DNA of 64,000 nucleotides from the NCBI GenBank assembly GCA_031271905.1, contig JAISUT010000020.1, positions 2,432-66,431 of the forward strand, read 5' to 3'. The position numbers and the translations under genes are program-made. The number at the start of each line of letters is the position of its first letter. Position 1 is the first letter of the stretch. The DNA is from Acidobacteriota bacterium. GTDB lineage: Bacteria > Acidobacteriota > UBA6911. This document shows, piece after piece, positions 37,952 to 46,041 of this stretch. Below the pieces are notes generated by a model that saw only the letters and a list, made by a program, of their open reading frames with translations, searched no databases and was not told the DNA's origin.

Positions 37952-38016
37952 GGGAGCCTTAAAAAACCCCGGATGACAGCGCCAGCGCCTTGTCTGCGAG
38001 CTTTTTAGAGGCTCCC
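37952..38016. repeat. Nested-palindrome element, copy C (short form, 65 bp, orientation II)
   Basis: GGGAGCCTTAAAAAACCCCGGATGACAGCGCCAGCGCCTTGTCTGCGAGCTTTTTAGAGGCTCCC. It lies 11 nt upstream of the ChlI-like start codon and 7 nt downstream of the Fic stop. Confidence 0.85.
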
Positions 38017-38023
38017 ATATTTA

Positions 38024-38559
38024 TCAAGGCCGGGAGTCGTCCTCGTAGTAGTACGACTGCTCCACCCCTTTCATGAAAATCTCGCGGCTGTCGATCTCGC
38101 CGGTCAACGCGGACTGGAGCAACACGCGGATTTCGAGGTCGTTCACCGGGCTGCGCTCCATCGCGCTGAGGTATGCGCCCCTGCCCACCTTTTGCCAATC
38201 GACGCACTTGCCCAGGTTTTTTTCAACATCAGGTCGAGCCAGATGCGCCCGTTGCCCTCCATGAACGGGTGGGCGATGTTCATCTCGACGTATTTCGCGA
38301 TGATCTCGTCATACGTCGTCTCCGGCATCTGCTCGATTTTCGCCAGGATTTCGGGGAGGTACAGGCTGCTCGCGAAACGGAAGTTGCCCTTGGCGATGTT
38401 CATGTGCCGGATTTCCCCGGCGAAGTCGCCCAACCCGTCGAACAGGTGCTTGTGGATTTGTTGCAGCCCTTTGACCGTGCCGACTTCGACGCGGTTGATC
38501 GCGCCGCTGTCAAAGAGGTCGCAGGCTTTTTGTCGGCTCTGCTCGTCAATGTCGCGCAT
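38024..38559 (-). pseudogene. Small Fic-domain protein gene (C-terminal SxxxE helix type), disrupted by a frameshift in an A7 run
   Basis: From the ATG at 38559 (AGGAGG RBS) the frame reads MRDIDEQ...[25 protein letters not shown] and then runs out of frame at the A7 tract (T7 on the plus strand, 38217-38223). The adjacent frame continues (N)[10 protein letters not shown]...[49 protein letters not shown] to TGA at 38024-38026. This is the expected Fic C-terminus. Confidence 0.75.
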
Positions 38560-38730
38560 CCGTTCGCCTCCTGGACGGTTCCATGGCAACGGTTCCATGG
38601 CATCCGGCGGCGAAGCGGCGCGCATCCGCTCCGCCCCGCCGCCCCAAAAACAAAGCCGGGGCTTTTGACGGCCCCGGCCCCATGCGTGTCGCGTTCGTCG
38701 AACGTCGGATGCCGCGTTCGACCTGGCAGG

Positions 38731-39567
38731 CTACTTCTTCGCCGGCGGCGCGGCGGGGTACAGCCCTTGGCGGAACCCTTGGATGTACTCCATGCAATAC
38801 TCGTCGTTGCCGAGCAACGCCTCCGTGGCGTAGATCATGCCCAGCAGATCCTTGTTGAGCGGATCGAAGATGGCGCTGTCCAGCCCCGCGTTCATCGCGA
38901 GCACGGCGAACGCCTGGTTGACGAGCTTGCGGCCGGGGAGGTTGAAGGAGATGTTGCTGACCGCGCCGGTGATGTGGATGGTGGGCTCGCGCCGCTTGAT
39001 CTCCTGCATCACCTCGACGACCATGCCGATGCCCCCCTCGTCGATGGTGGCGAGCGCTTCGATGATCGGGTCGATGTGGAAGCGCGACGGGGCGATCTTG
39101 TACTCTTTGGCCTTGGCCATGAGCAGGTCGAACACTTTGAGGCGATCCTCGGCGCTCTTGGGGATGCCCGTGCCGCCGTTCAGGAGCGCGATGACTTCCC
39201 ACTTCGTGTCAGCGATTATCGGCAGGAGGAAATCGATCTTGTCCTTGTCCGTGCCCGCGACCTTGTCGCCTGAGATGGAGTTGACCAGGCCGGGCTTCTT
39301 GCAGAACGGGAGCGCTTCGGCAATCACCTTCGGGTCGGGCGAATCCACCGCGATGGGGACGTCGGTCACGCTCTGCACGAGGTCGATGAGCCATTTGAGC
39401 GTTGCCACTTCCTTGTCCGGCTCGACGGAGGCGCACACGTCGATGAACGTGGCGCCGGCGTTGGCCTGCGCCACGGCGATGTTTTTGATGTGCTCTTCAT
39501 TCTTCTCGGCAATCGCCTTTGCCATAGAGGGAATCGAGCCGTTGATCTTTTCTCCGATGATGATCAT
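38731..39567 (-). CDS. Pterin-binding (DHPS-like) methyltransferase, methyl-H4folate:corrinoid methyltransferase type
   Basis: MIIIGEKINGS......AI..KN...I...A..Q...GA.FIDV...........L.WLI..VQ...D.PI.VDS.......AL.......L.NSIS matches the MtrH/AcsE/MetH pterin-binding barrel pattern. Confidence 0.7.
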   Translation of the reverse strand: MIIIGEKINGSIPSMAKAIAEKNEEHIKNIAVAQANAGATFIDVCASVEPDKEVATLKWLIDLVQSVTDVPIAVDSPDPKVIAEALPFCKKPGLVNSISGDKVAGTDKDKIDFLLPIIADTKWEVIALLNGGTGIPKSAEDRLKVFDLLMAKAKEYKIAPSRFHIDPIIEALATIDEGGIGMVVEVMQEIKRREPTIHITGAVSNISFNLPGRKLVNQAFAVLAMNAGLDSAIFDPLNKDLLGMIYATEALLGNDEYCMEYIQGFRQGLYPAAPPAKK

Positions 39568-39715
39568 TCAATCCTCCTGGTGATGGGACACTATGCTGCG
39601 GTTATCGAACCGGCGAAAATACGATTCAACACTTGGGCGAAAAGGGTAATTTTAGGGAACGCCGTCGGAGAGGTCAACATGCGAATGCGGGTTTTTCGGA
39701 GGGGCGTGCAAAGGC

Positions 39716-39740
39716 GGGGCGGGTGCGGCGCACCCGCCCC
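39716..39740 (-). terminator. Strong GC hairpin downstream of the URO-D-family methyltransferase gene
   Basis: GGGGCGGGTGC-GGC-GCACCCGCCCC is an 11-bp perfect stem, 12 nt after the stop at 39752. There is no clear U tract. Confidence 0.4.
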
Positions 39741-39751
39741 GTTGACGCCGG

Positions 39752-40759
39752 TCAATACTTGCAATACTTCGGGCTGAGCTTGCGTATCTCGTCGTCGATG
39801 GTGTCGTCCACGCCCGGGAAGATCGCGCCGTTGCGCAAACCCGAGGGCAGGCAGGGGATGAACGAGCCTCCGGGGACGTAGGCTTCGCACGCCCGACGCA
39901 CCTCGGCGCGGATCGCCTCGGGGGTGGCGTCACCCCGGTCTACGAGCGAGGTGTTGACGCCGCCCATGAAGATCAACTTCCCTTTGAGTTCTTTCTGCAA
40001 TTTCACGATGTCGTTCTGCGGCAGGACGCCCTGCCAGACGTCGATGCCCACATCCACCATGTCCCCGGCGATAGGCTCGCAGAAGCTGTCGGCGTGGTGC
40101 AGCACCAAGACGTTGTTGTCGTGGAACAACTTGTAGAACTTGTAGTAGCGCTCCTTGAAAAAGTGCCGCCACACCTCGGGGCGCATGAACATGCGGTCTT
40201 TCGCCCCCCAGTCGTCGTGCGAGAGGATGGCGTCGGGATGGAGGTTGTCGATCAGCAGCTTGGCGTAGGTGTAGCGGTATTCGAAGATGGCGTCCAGAAG
40301 CTCGTCCATCGCCTCCGGCTCCTCGATGAGGGCCATGAGCGTGTCCTCGAAGCCCATCAGGTAGTGGAGCTGTTCGAACATCCCCGTGCCCATGAAGCAC
40401 ATCGAGAACGACTGCTCCTTGTCGATGGCGGCGATGTCCGCCTTGGCGTCGTCCCACGCGCCCGGCGCCTGGGTGTTGGACACGAGGTCGGGGACCTTGA
40501 CCTGCTCCCGCCACTTGGTGATGTCCTTCAGCACCTTGTTCTCCGGCGTGATGTGCGGCATGGCTGCAGGCTGGTTGTCCGGCCAGGCGATGGTGGTGCC
40601 CCAGCGGTCGATGGTGGTGGTTCCCTTGACCCGGTTGCCCCGCGTGTAGCGCTGGACGGGGTCGGTCATGACCGGTATGAACGGCGCCCACTGCGCGATG
40701 AGGTGGTCCGGCTCCTCGCCGTGCAGCAACTTCAGAAAATTCTCTCTCTCGGAATACAT
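39752..40759 (-). CDS. Uroporphyrinogen-decarboxylase-family protein (MtaA/CmuA/O-demethylase methyltransferase type)
   Basis: The protein is 335 aa with the URO-D (TIM-barrel) family pattern: ...LSHDDWG......M.P..W..F.....K......H......V..H.D.......D.V..G.DV....... Its position next to a pterin-binding methyltransferase is typical of corrinoid-dependent methyl-transfer systems. Confidence 0.75.
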   Translation of the reverse strand: MYSERENFLKLLHGEEPDHLIAQWAPFIPVMTDPVQRYTRGNRVKGTTTIDRWGTTIAWPDNQPAAMPHITPENKVLKDITKWREQVKVPDLVSNTQAPGAWDDAKADIAAIDKEQSFSMCFMGTGMFEQLHYLMGFEDTLMALIEEPEAMDELLDAIFEYRYTYAKLLIDNLHPDAILSHDDWGAKDRMFMRPEVWRHFFKERYYKFYKLFHDNNVLVLHHADSFCEPIAGDMVDVGIDVWQGVLPQNDIVKLQKELKGKLIFMGGVNTSLVDRGDATPEAIRAEVRRACEAYVPGGSFIPCLPSGLRNGAIFPGVDDTIDDEIRKLSPKYCKY

Positions 40760-40983
40760 GCGACAGCCTCCCCTGTTAAAAGAAACTCCCCCGGCAGAGC
40801 CGTGAACCTTTGATTGCGCGAACCCGCGCCGCCCATGCAGGCTTTCATAGATGGCGCAAGCCCGGTCATGCTATCACAAGCGCGGTCGTTTTAGACAGAG
40901 GACATTGCACTTCGGGCACCGCGTTCGCGCCCGCGCCGCTCTTTCACGTCGAGCCGTAGGGATGGGGAGGAGGGGGATGGTGG

Positions 40984-41011
40984 GGCAGGGGCGAGGCCGC
41001 TCGCCCCTGCC
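40984..41011 (-). terminator. Hairpin downstream of coxG-like gene
   Basis: GGCAGGGGCGAG-GCCG-CTCGCCCCTGCC is a perfect 12-bp stem, 10 nt after the stop at 41021. There is no U tract. Confidence 0.4.
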
Positions 41012-41020
41012 GGCGATTCG

Positions 41021-41467
41021 TCAGGCTTTGAGCTTCTCGCGGAGGTTCTCGGTGAACTGGTCGCCGACTTCCTTCGCCTTCGAGCGCATGATCCGCTCGC
41101 CGAAGGTGGCCAGCTTGCCGACCAGGCTCACGTCCGCCACATAGGAGACTTCCACGTTCTCCGGCGCGGTCTCCTTCAGGTTGACCTCGATGATGGTGGA
41201 GAAATTGCCCAGCTTCGTCACATCGGCGCCGCGGCCTTCCGCCTTGATGTAGTTCGGCGGCTTCACCTCCGTCAGCTTCGTCGTGAACTGCAACTTCACC
41301 TTGAAAGGCCCGACGCGCTGCGCGACCACGCTCTCATAGGTCTCGGCGTCCAACTGGCTCATCTTCTCCGTACCCGGCACGCACGAGCCGAGCGTCTCCG
41401 GGTTCAACAACGAATCCCACACCTTCTGGATGGGCGCGTTCATCGCGAACTGTCCTTCAATGCGCAT
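41021..41467 (-). CDS. CoxG-family SRPBCC protein (carbon monoxide dehydrogenase subunit G-like)
   Basis: MRIEGQFAMNAPIQKVWDSLLNPETLGSCVPG...KLQFTTKLTEV......I.AEG.G.....G........V.L is the CoxG family pattern. It sits in a molybdo-hydroxylase operon. Confidence 0.8.
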   Translation of the reverse strand: MRIEGQFAMNAPIQKVWDSLLNPETLGSCVPGTEKMSQLDAETYESVVAQRVGPFKVKLQFTTKLTEVKPPNYIKAEGRGADVTKLGNFSTIIEVNLKETAPENVEVSYVADVSLVGKLATFGERIMRSKAKEVGDQFTENLREKLKA

Positions 41468-41554
41468 GCTATGACTCCATGTAAGGTCGGGACAGCGCGC
41501 CGCGCTGTCCGCGTTAAAAGGGGGACGGCGGGCGCGGCGCACCCGCCCTACTTG

Positions 41555-41785
41555 CTACTTCGGGTCTTCGACTTCCGGAGCTTCCCGCTTGAGCACTTCG
41601 GCCAGCGCCTCGTACCCCTTGTTGCCAAACTCCTTCACCTGCATCTTGATCAGCTTGGCATAGGACAAGTCTTGGGTTTTCAGCCACTCCTTGTGCTTCT
41701 TGTCGGTCTGGCCCAGATAGTGGCGGGCCAAGTCAAGATGCCGGGAGGAAATCTTGCGACACATCGGACAACGATATTTTGCCAT
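41555..41785 (-). CDS. Small hypothetical protein (76 aa) with a CxxC...H...H motif
   Basis: MAKYRCPMCRKISSRHLDLARHYLG... (C-x2-C-x6-H-x5-H) is followed by a Lys/Glu-rich helical tail. There is a good RBS (AGGAG) 8 nt upstream. It lies between the large subunit and coxG. Confidence 0.5.
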   Translation of the reverse strand: MAKYRCPMCRKISSRHLDLARHYLGQTDKKHKEWLKTQDLSYAKLIKMQVKEFGNKGYEALAEVLKREAPEVEDPK

Positions 41786-41905
41786 TTCTTATCTCCTGTT
41801 TTGTCAAGGCGGGGCGGTCGCGCCGCAAGCGGTGGCGCTTTGCGCTTCCGGACACGGCGTGCCGCGCCCCTGCATCGGCGCCTGCGGCGCGAGCCCCCTG
41901 CCTTT

Positions 41906-44206
41906 TTACTTTCCCTGTTTCTTGGCCGCCGCCGCGCGGATGGCCTTGAGCACCGTCTCGGGCTTCAGCACCGGGGCGACGAACTCCGCACCCGTGTTCT
42001 GGAACACCGCGTTGGCCAGCGCCGGAGCGGTCGGCGCGATGGTCGCCTCGGCCGCCTCCTTGGCGCCGAAAGGCCCGTTCGGCTCGTAGGTCGGGACCTC
42101 GATGAACTCGATCTCCGGCATGTCGCGCGTCCGCAGAATCTTGTAGTCCACGAACGACGGGTTGAGCACGTTCCCCTCGTCCATCGGCATCTCCTCGCAC
42201 AACGCATAGCCGAGCCCCATGTGGATGGAGCCTTCGACCTGGCCGCGCACGCCCAGGGGGTTGATGACCTGGCCGCAGTCGTGGACCACCAGGATGTCCT
42301 GGCAGACGACCGCGCCGGTCTCCTTGTCGGTCTTGGCCTTGACCGCCATGATGCCGGTGCCGTATGCCGGGGAGATCATCCCCTTGTTGTGCGGCGTGTA
42401 GTGGCCGACGCCCGTGATGGGCACGCCGTCGTTGGCGCGGATGGCGTCCTGGACCAGGTCGTAGTAGGAGATGCCGCGCTCGGGCCGCAGCTCCAGATAG
42501 ACGCGCTTGTTCTTCGAGACCAGGTCGTAGGCGATGTTCTCGCCCAGCTTCAACCGCGCCACCTCGATCAGCTTGTTCTTGACCTGCGCCGCCGCGTCCT
42601 TGATGGCGTTGCCGTTCATCAGGACTTCACGGCTCCCCCACGCGCCCAAGTCGGTGTAGGTGTGCGCCGTGTCGCCCAGGTGCAGCCGGATGTCCTCGAT
42701 GCCGACCCCCAGCTCCTCCGCGCAGATCATCGCCGCCACGGTGTTGTGCCCCTGGCCGATGTCCGACGCCTGCGTGTAGAGGTCCACCATCCCGTCGATG
42801 TTCACCTTCACGTGCGCCGAGGAGAACGCATACGGCGTGTCGATCCAGTTGAAGATGCCGCCCGACATGTAGGCGAAGGCCGCAAAGCCGATCCCCTCGT
42901 CCTCTTCGAGCTTGGGCCATTTCTCCTTGACCCGCGTCTCCATCTTCTCAATGCAGGGGAGGAGGCCGCAGCTCTCGAAGGTGTACTGCCCGGGCGCCTC
43001 GTAGCCGGGATAGACCGCGTTCATCTTGCGGATCTGGAGCGGATCGACCCCGAGGTCCTTGGCGGCCCGCTCGAGCTGCGTCTCGGCGCAGAACTTGCCC
43101 GGCACCGAGCCGAAGCCGCGGATGGAGGTGCCCCACACGGTGTTGGTGTAGGTGCGCACGCCGTCGTAGCGGTAGTTCGGGATCTTGTACGGCATGGTGA
43201 TGAACGTGCCGGTCAGGTAGAGGTCGGTCGCGCCCAGGCCGGTGAACGCGCCGCCGTTGACGATGGTCTTGACCTCCATCGCCACGATCTGGCCGTCCTT
43301 CTTCAGCCCGAGCTTGATGCGCATGTGCTGCGCGGTGCGGTGCTCGGTGGTCTGGAACTCCTCGTCGCGGTTATAGACGATCTTGACCGGGCGGCCGGTC
43401 TTGATCGACAGGAGCGCGGCGTTGACCGAATCGGGCATGGTGGAGTTCTTGCCGCCGAAGCCGCTGCCGACGTGCGGCTTGATGACGCGGATGTCGCCCT
43501 CGCGCATCTTGAGCGCGTCGGACAGGCCGAGTTGGAGGAAGTACGGCGATTGGGTGGACGACCAGACGGTCAACCGACCCGTGCCCTTGTCATAGCTCGC
43601 CAAGGAGTTGTGGACTTCCAGCGCCGCCGGGTGGATGGGCTGGGTGACGTAGTCGTCCTCGCGCACGTAGTCGGCCTCGGCGAAGCCCTTGTCCACGTCG
43701 CCCCACTCGATGTGGCGCGTGGCGTTGATGTTGCTCGGAAAGTCCTCGTGGACCATCGGCGCGTCGTCCTCGATGGCGTCGTCCGGGTCGAAGACCGCCG
43801 GAAGCGGCTCGTACTCGACCTCGATCAATTCGACCGCCTGTATGGCGATCTCCTCGGTGACTGCCGCGACCGCCGCCACCGGGTCGCCGATGAAGCGGAC
43901 TTTGTCGGTCGCCAGGCACTCCTGGTCGGACAGCTCGCGGAACCGCCGCCACAGGCCGTACTTGCCGCCGGGGGTGTCCTTGCCGGTGATGACCGCCTTG
44001 ACGCCCGGAAGCGCCTCTGCGGCGCTGGTGTCGATGCTGATGATCTTGGCGTGCGGATAGGGGCTGCGCGCCAGCTTGCCGTAGAGCATGTTCGGCAGGG
44101 TCATGTCGATGGTGTACTGCGCCTCGCCCGTGACTTTCGCCGGCCCGTCCACGTTGGGGGTCGGCTTCCCGATGATCGCGTATTCCTTCAATTTCTCTTT
44201 AGCCAT
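41906..44206 (-). CDS. Molybdopterin-dependent oxidoreductase, large subunit (xanthine dehydrogenase/aldehyde oxidoreductase family)
   Basis: The protein is 766 aa. It has GKPTPNVDGPAKVTGEAQYT, VGSGFGGK, IRGFGSVPG and GPFGAKEAAEA (catalytic Glu region). I did not see the CODH loop (AYRCSFR). Confidence 0.9.
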   Translation of the reverse strand: MAKEKLKEYAIIGKPTPNVDGPAKVTGEAQYTIDMTLPNMLYGKLARSPYPHAKIISIDTSAAEALPGVKAVITGKDTPGGKYGLWRRFRELSDQECLATDKVRFIGDPVAAVAAVTEEIAIQAVELIEVEYEPLPAVFDPDDAIEDDAPMVHEDFPSNINATRHIEWGDVDKGFAEADYVREDDYVTQPIHPAALEVHNSLASYDKGTGRLTVWSSTQSPYFLQLGLSDALKMREGDIRVIKPHVGSGFGGKNSTMPDSVNAALLSIKTGRPVKIVYNRDEEFQTTEHRTAQHMRIKLGLKKDGQIVAMEVKTIVNGGAFTGLGATDLYLTGTFITMPYKIPNYRYDGVRTYTNTVWGTSIRGFGSVPGKFCAETQLERAAKDLGVDPLQIRKMNAVYPGYEAPGQYTFESCGLLPCIEKMETRVKEKWPKLEEDEGIGFAAFAYMSGGIFNWIDTPYAFSSAHVKVNIDGMVDLYTQASDIGQGHNTVAAMICAEELGVGIEDIRLHLGDTAHTYTDLGAWGSREVLMNGNAIKDAAAQVKNKLIEVARLKLGENIAYDLVSKNKRVYLELRPERGISYYDLVQDAIRANDGVPITGVGHYTPHNKGMISPAYGTGIMAVKAKTDKETGAVVCQDILVVHDCGQVINPLGVRGQVEGSIHMGLGYALCEEMPMDEGNVLNPSFVDYKILRTRDMPEIEFIEVPTYEPNGPFGAKEAAEATIAPTAPALANAVFQNTGAEFVAPVLKPETVLKAIRAAAAKKQGK

Positions 44207-44701
44207 TTATGCAGCTCCCTTCTCGGCTTTGCGCGCCTGCAACCGTTTGGCCGCGTCCTGCACGGCTTCGATGATCATGTTGTATGCGGTGCAGCGGCAG
44301 AGGTGCCCGTCGAGCGCCTCCTGTATCTGCACCCGCGTCGGGTCGGGGTTCTCGTCGAGAAACGCCTTGGTCGCCATGATCTGCCCCGAGGTGCAGTAGC
44401 CGCACTGGAACGCCCAGTTGTCCACGAACGCCTTCTGGATGGGATGCAACTGCGATTCCTCCGCCAGCCCCTCGATGGTGGTCACTTCCTTGCCGTTGAC
44501 TTGCAATGCCAGGATGGAACAGGATTTCACGGCCATGCCGTCCACGATGACGGTGCATGCCGCGCACGAGCTGCTGTCGCAGGCCGGGCGCGTCCCTTTC
44601 AACCCCAGATGCTCCCGGATGACTTGGAGCAGGAGCGTCTTGGGCTCGACGTAGAGCTCTCGCGGCTCTCCGTTCACAACTATGTTCAACTGCTTTTTCA
44701 T
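44207..44701 (-). CDS. (2Fe-2S)-binding small subunit of the molybdo-flavoenzyme
   Basis: C.SS.C.AC.V..DG......C (plant-type cluster) and CGYCTSGQIM...C.C..Y (second cluster). The stop abuts the large-subunit ATG. Confidence 0.9.
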   Translation of the reverse strand: MKKQLNIVVNGEPRELYVEPKTLLLQVIREHLGLKGTRPACDSSSCAACTVIVDGMAVKSCSILALQVNGKEVTTIEGLAEESQLHPIQKAFVDNWAFQCGYCTSGQIMATKAFLDENPDPTRVQIQEALDGHLCRCTAYNMIIEAVQDAAKRLQARKAEKGAA

Positions 44702-44743
44702 ATGAACTCCCCTTCTTTAATGGCTTTCGGTTAGGCTCGCCTA

Positions 44744-44862
44744 GGGAACCTCAAAAACCCCGGACGCTGCGTTGCGCATTGGTCGAAAATGCCCATTCGC
44801 CTCGGCAAACTCCGTTTTCGACCTGCGGCGACGCCTTGTCTGCGTGCTTTTTAGAGGTTCCC
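44744..44862. repeat. Nested-palindrome element, copy D (full form, 119 bp, orientation II)
   Basis: GGGAACCTCAAAAACCCCGGACGCTGCGTTGCGCATTGGTCGAAAATG...CGTTTTCGACCTGCGGCGACGCCTTGTCTGCGTGCTTTTTAGAGGTTCCC. It fills the spacer between the FAD-subunit stop (44863) and the 2Fe-2S-subunit start (44701). Confidence 0.9.
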
Positions 44863-45750
44863 TTAGGCTTTTTGGGCTCTCGCCAAGGCTTCTTTCGCCA
44901 CGCGCTTGACCAGCGTGCCTGCCAGCTCCTTCTTGTATTCCGCAGAGGCCTCGATGCCGGAGATCGGCTCCGTCGCCTCGGATGCCGCCTGGGCGGCCTC
45001 CGCGAGCAGCTCGTCGGTGATCTTCTTCCCCTTCAGGATGTCTTCGGCGGCCGTCGCCCGGATGGGGGTCGCCCCCACGCCGCCCAGGCCGATGCGCGCG
45101 TTGACGCATTTTTCCTTCTTGGCGTCGAGGGTCAGGAGCACCGCGGCCGAAGCCAAGGCGTAATCGCCATGCAGTTGGGAATATTTGGTGAAGTAGAAGC
45201 CGGTGTTGGCGGGCAGGGCGGGGATCTGGATTTCCGTGACCAGCTCGCCCGGCTCGACGGCGCTCGTGTAAAGATCGACGGCGAACTCCTCGGCGGGTAC
45301 GGAGCGCGTCCCCTCCTTGCTCGCGACGACGACCGACGCGTCCAGCGCGATGAGCGGCGGCGCCGGGTCGGCTGCGGGGTCGGCGTTGACGATGTCGCCG
45401 ACGACGGTGCCCCAGTTGCGGGTTTCGACAGAGGCGACGTTCACCTCCATATCGACCAGCGCGGCGTACTTCTCCGCGACGACGGGCGACTGCTCCAGCT
45501 TGCGGTGCGTCGTCAAGGCGCCGATCTTCAAGCCTTCCTTGTCGTCGTACTTGATGTAGTCGAGGTCTGACGCCCCCTTGATGTCGATGATGATCTCCGG
45601 CTTGAGCAAGCCGTGCTTCATGAACGTGTTCAGCGACTGGCCGCCGGCGATGATCCTGTAGTCATCGTCCTTGTGCTGGGCGAGCAGGTCGAGCGCCTCC
45701 CCGGCCGTCGCGGCGGAAAAATACTCAAAATCAGCGGTAATGGTCTTCAT
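44863..45750 (-). CDS. FAD-binding medium subunit of the molybdo-flavoenzyme (CoxM/CutM/XdhB-like)
   Basis: F.YFSA....EAL.LL......Y.IIAGGQSL is the FAD_binding_5 pattern. The protein is 295 aa with a C-terminal CO_deh_flav_C-like region. Confidence 0.9.
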   Translation of the reverse strand: MKTITADFEYFSAATAGEALDLLAQHKDDDYRIIAGGQSLNTFMKHGLLKPEIIIDIKGASDLDYIKYDDKEGLKIGALTTHRKLEQSPVVAEKYAALVDMEVNVASVETRNWGTVVGDIVNADPAADPAPPLIALDASVVVASKEGTRSVPAEEFAVDLYTSAVEPGELVTEIQIPALPANTGFYFTKYSQLHGDYALASAAVLLTLDAKKEKCVNARIGLGGVGATPIRATAAEDILKGKKITDELLAEAAQAASEATEPISGIEASAEYKKELAGTLVKRVAKEALARAQKA

Positions 45751-45857
45751 CTAGCTTTGGACCCCCTTTGGCGTTGAACCGTCCGGCGCCGTCGTGGCTG
45801 GTGCGGGCGGCGACGCCGGATTGGCTTGGAAACATAAGAATGATGCTCGGACACTTT

Positions 45858-45964
45858 GGGAAACCTCAAAAACCCCGGATGCTGCGTCGCGCCTTGGTCG
45901 AAAATGCTCATTTACCCCAGCGAACTCCGCTTTTCGACCTTCTGCGAGGTTTTTAGAGGTTCCC
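45858..45964. repeat. Nested-palindrome element, copy E (107 bp, orientation II, about 12-bp internal deletion)
   Basis: GGGAAACCTCAAAAACCCCGGATGCTGCGTCGCGCCTTGGTCGAAAATG...CGCTTTTCGACCTTCTGCGAGGTTTTTAGAGGTTCCC. Compared with copy D it lacks the GCGGCGACGCCT segment. The flanks are CTTT and TTTT. Confidence 0.85.
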
Positions 45965-46041
45965 TTTTGAAGATGCTTCGCTGCATGCGGGTTGTGTTGC
46001 GTCGCGGCGCATCGCGACACCGATGTGCGCAGAGACCGCCA

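Noticed and set aside
40760-41020. Cobalamin riboswitch upstream of the corrinoid-type methyltransferase genes. I also checked the 39568-39751 spacer.
   Set aside because: Reading the minus strand, I found neither the B12 box nor the conserved GGGAA...GGTG...GCCACTG core. There are only generic GC hairpins. An Infernal scan would be the definitive test.
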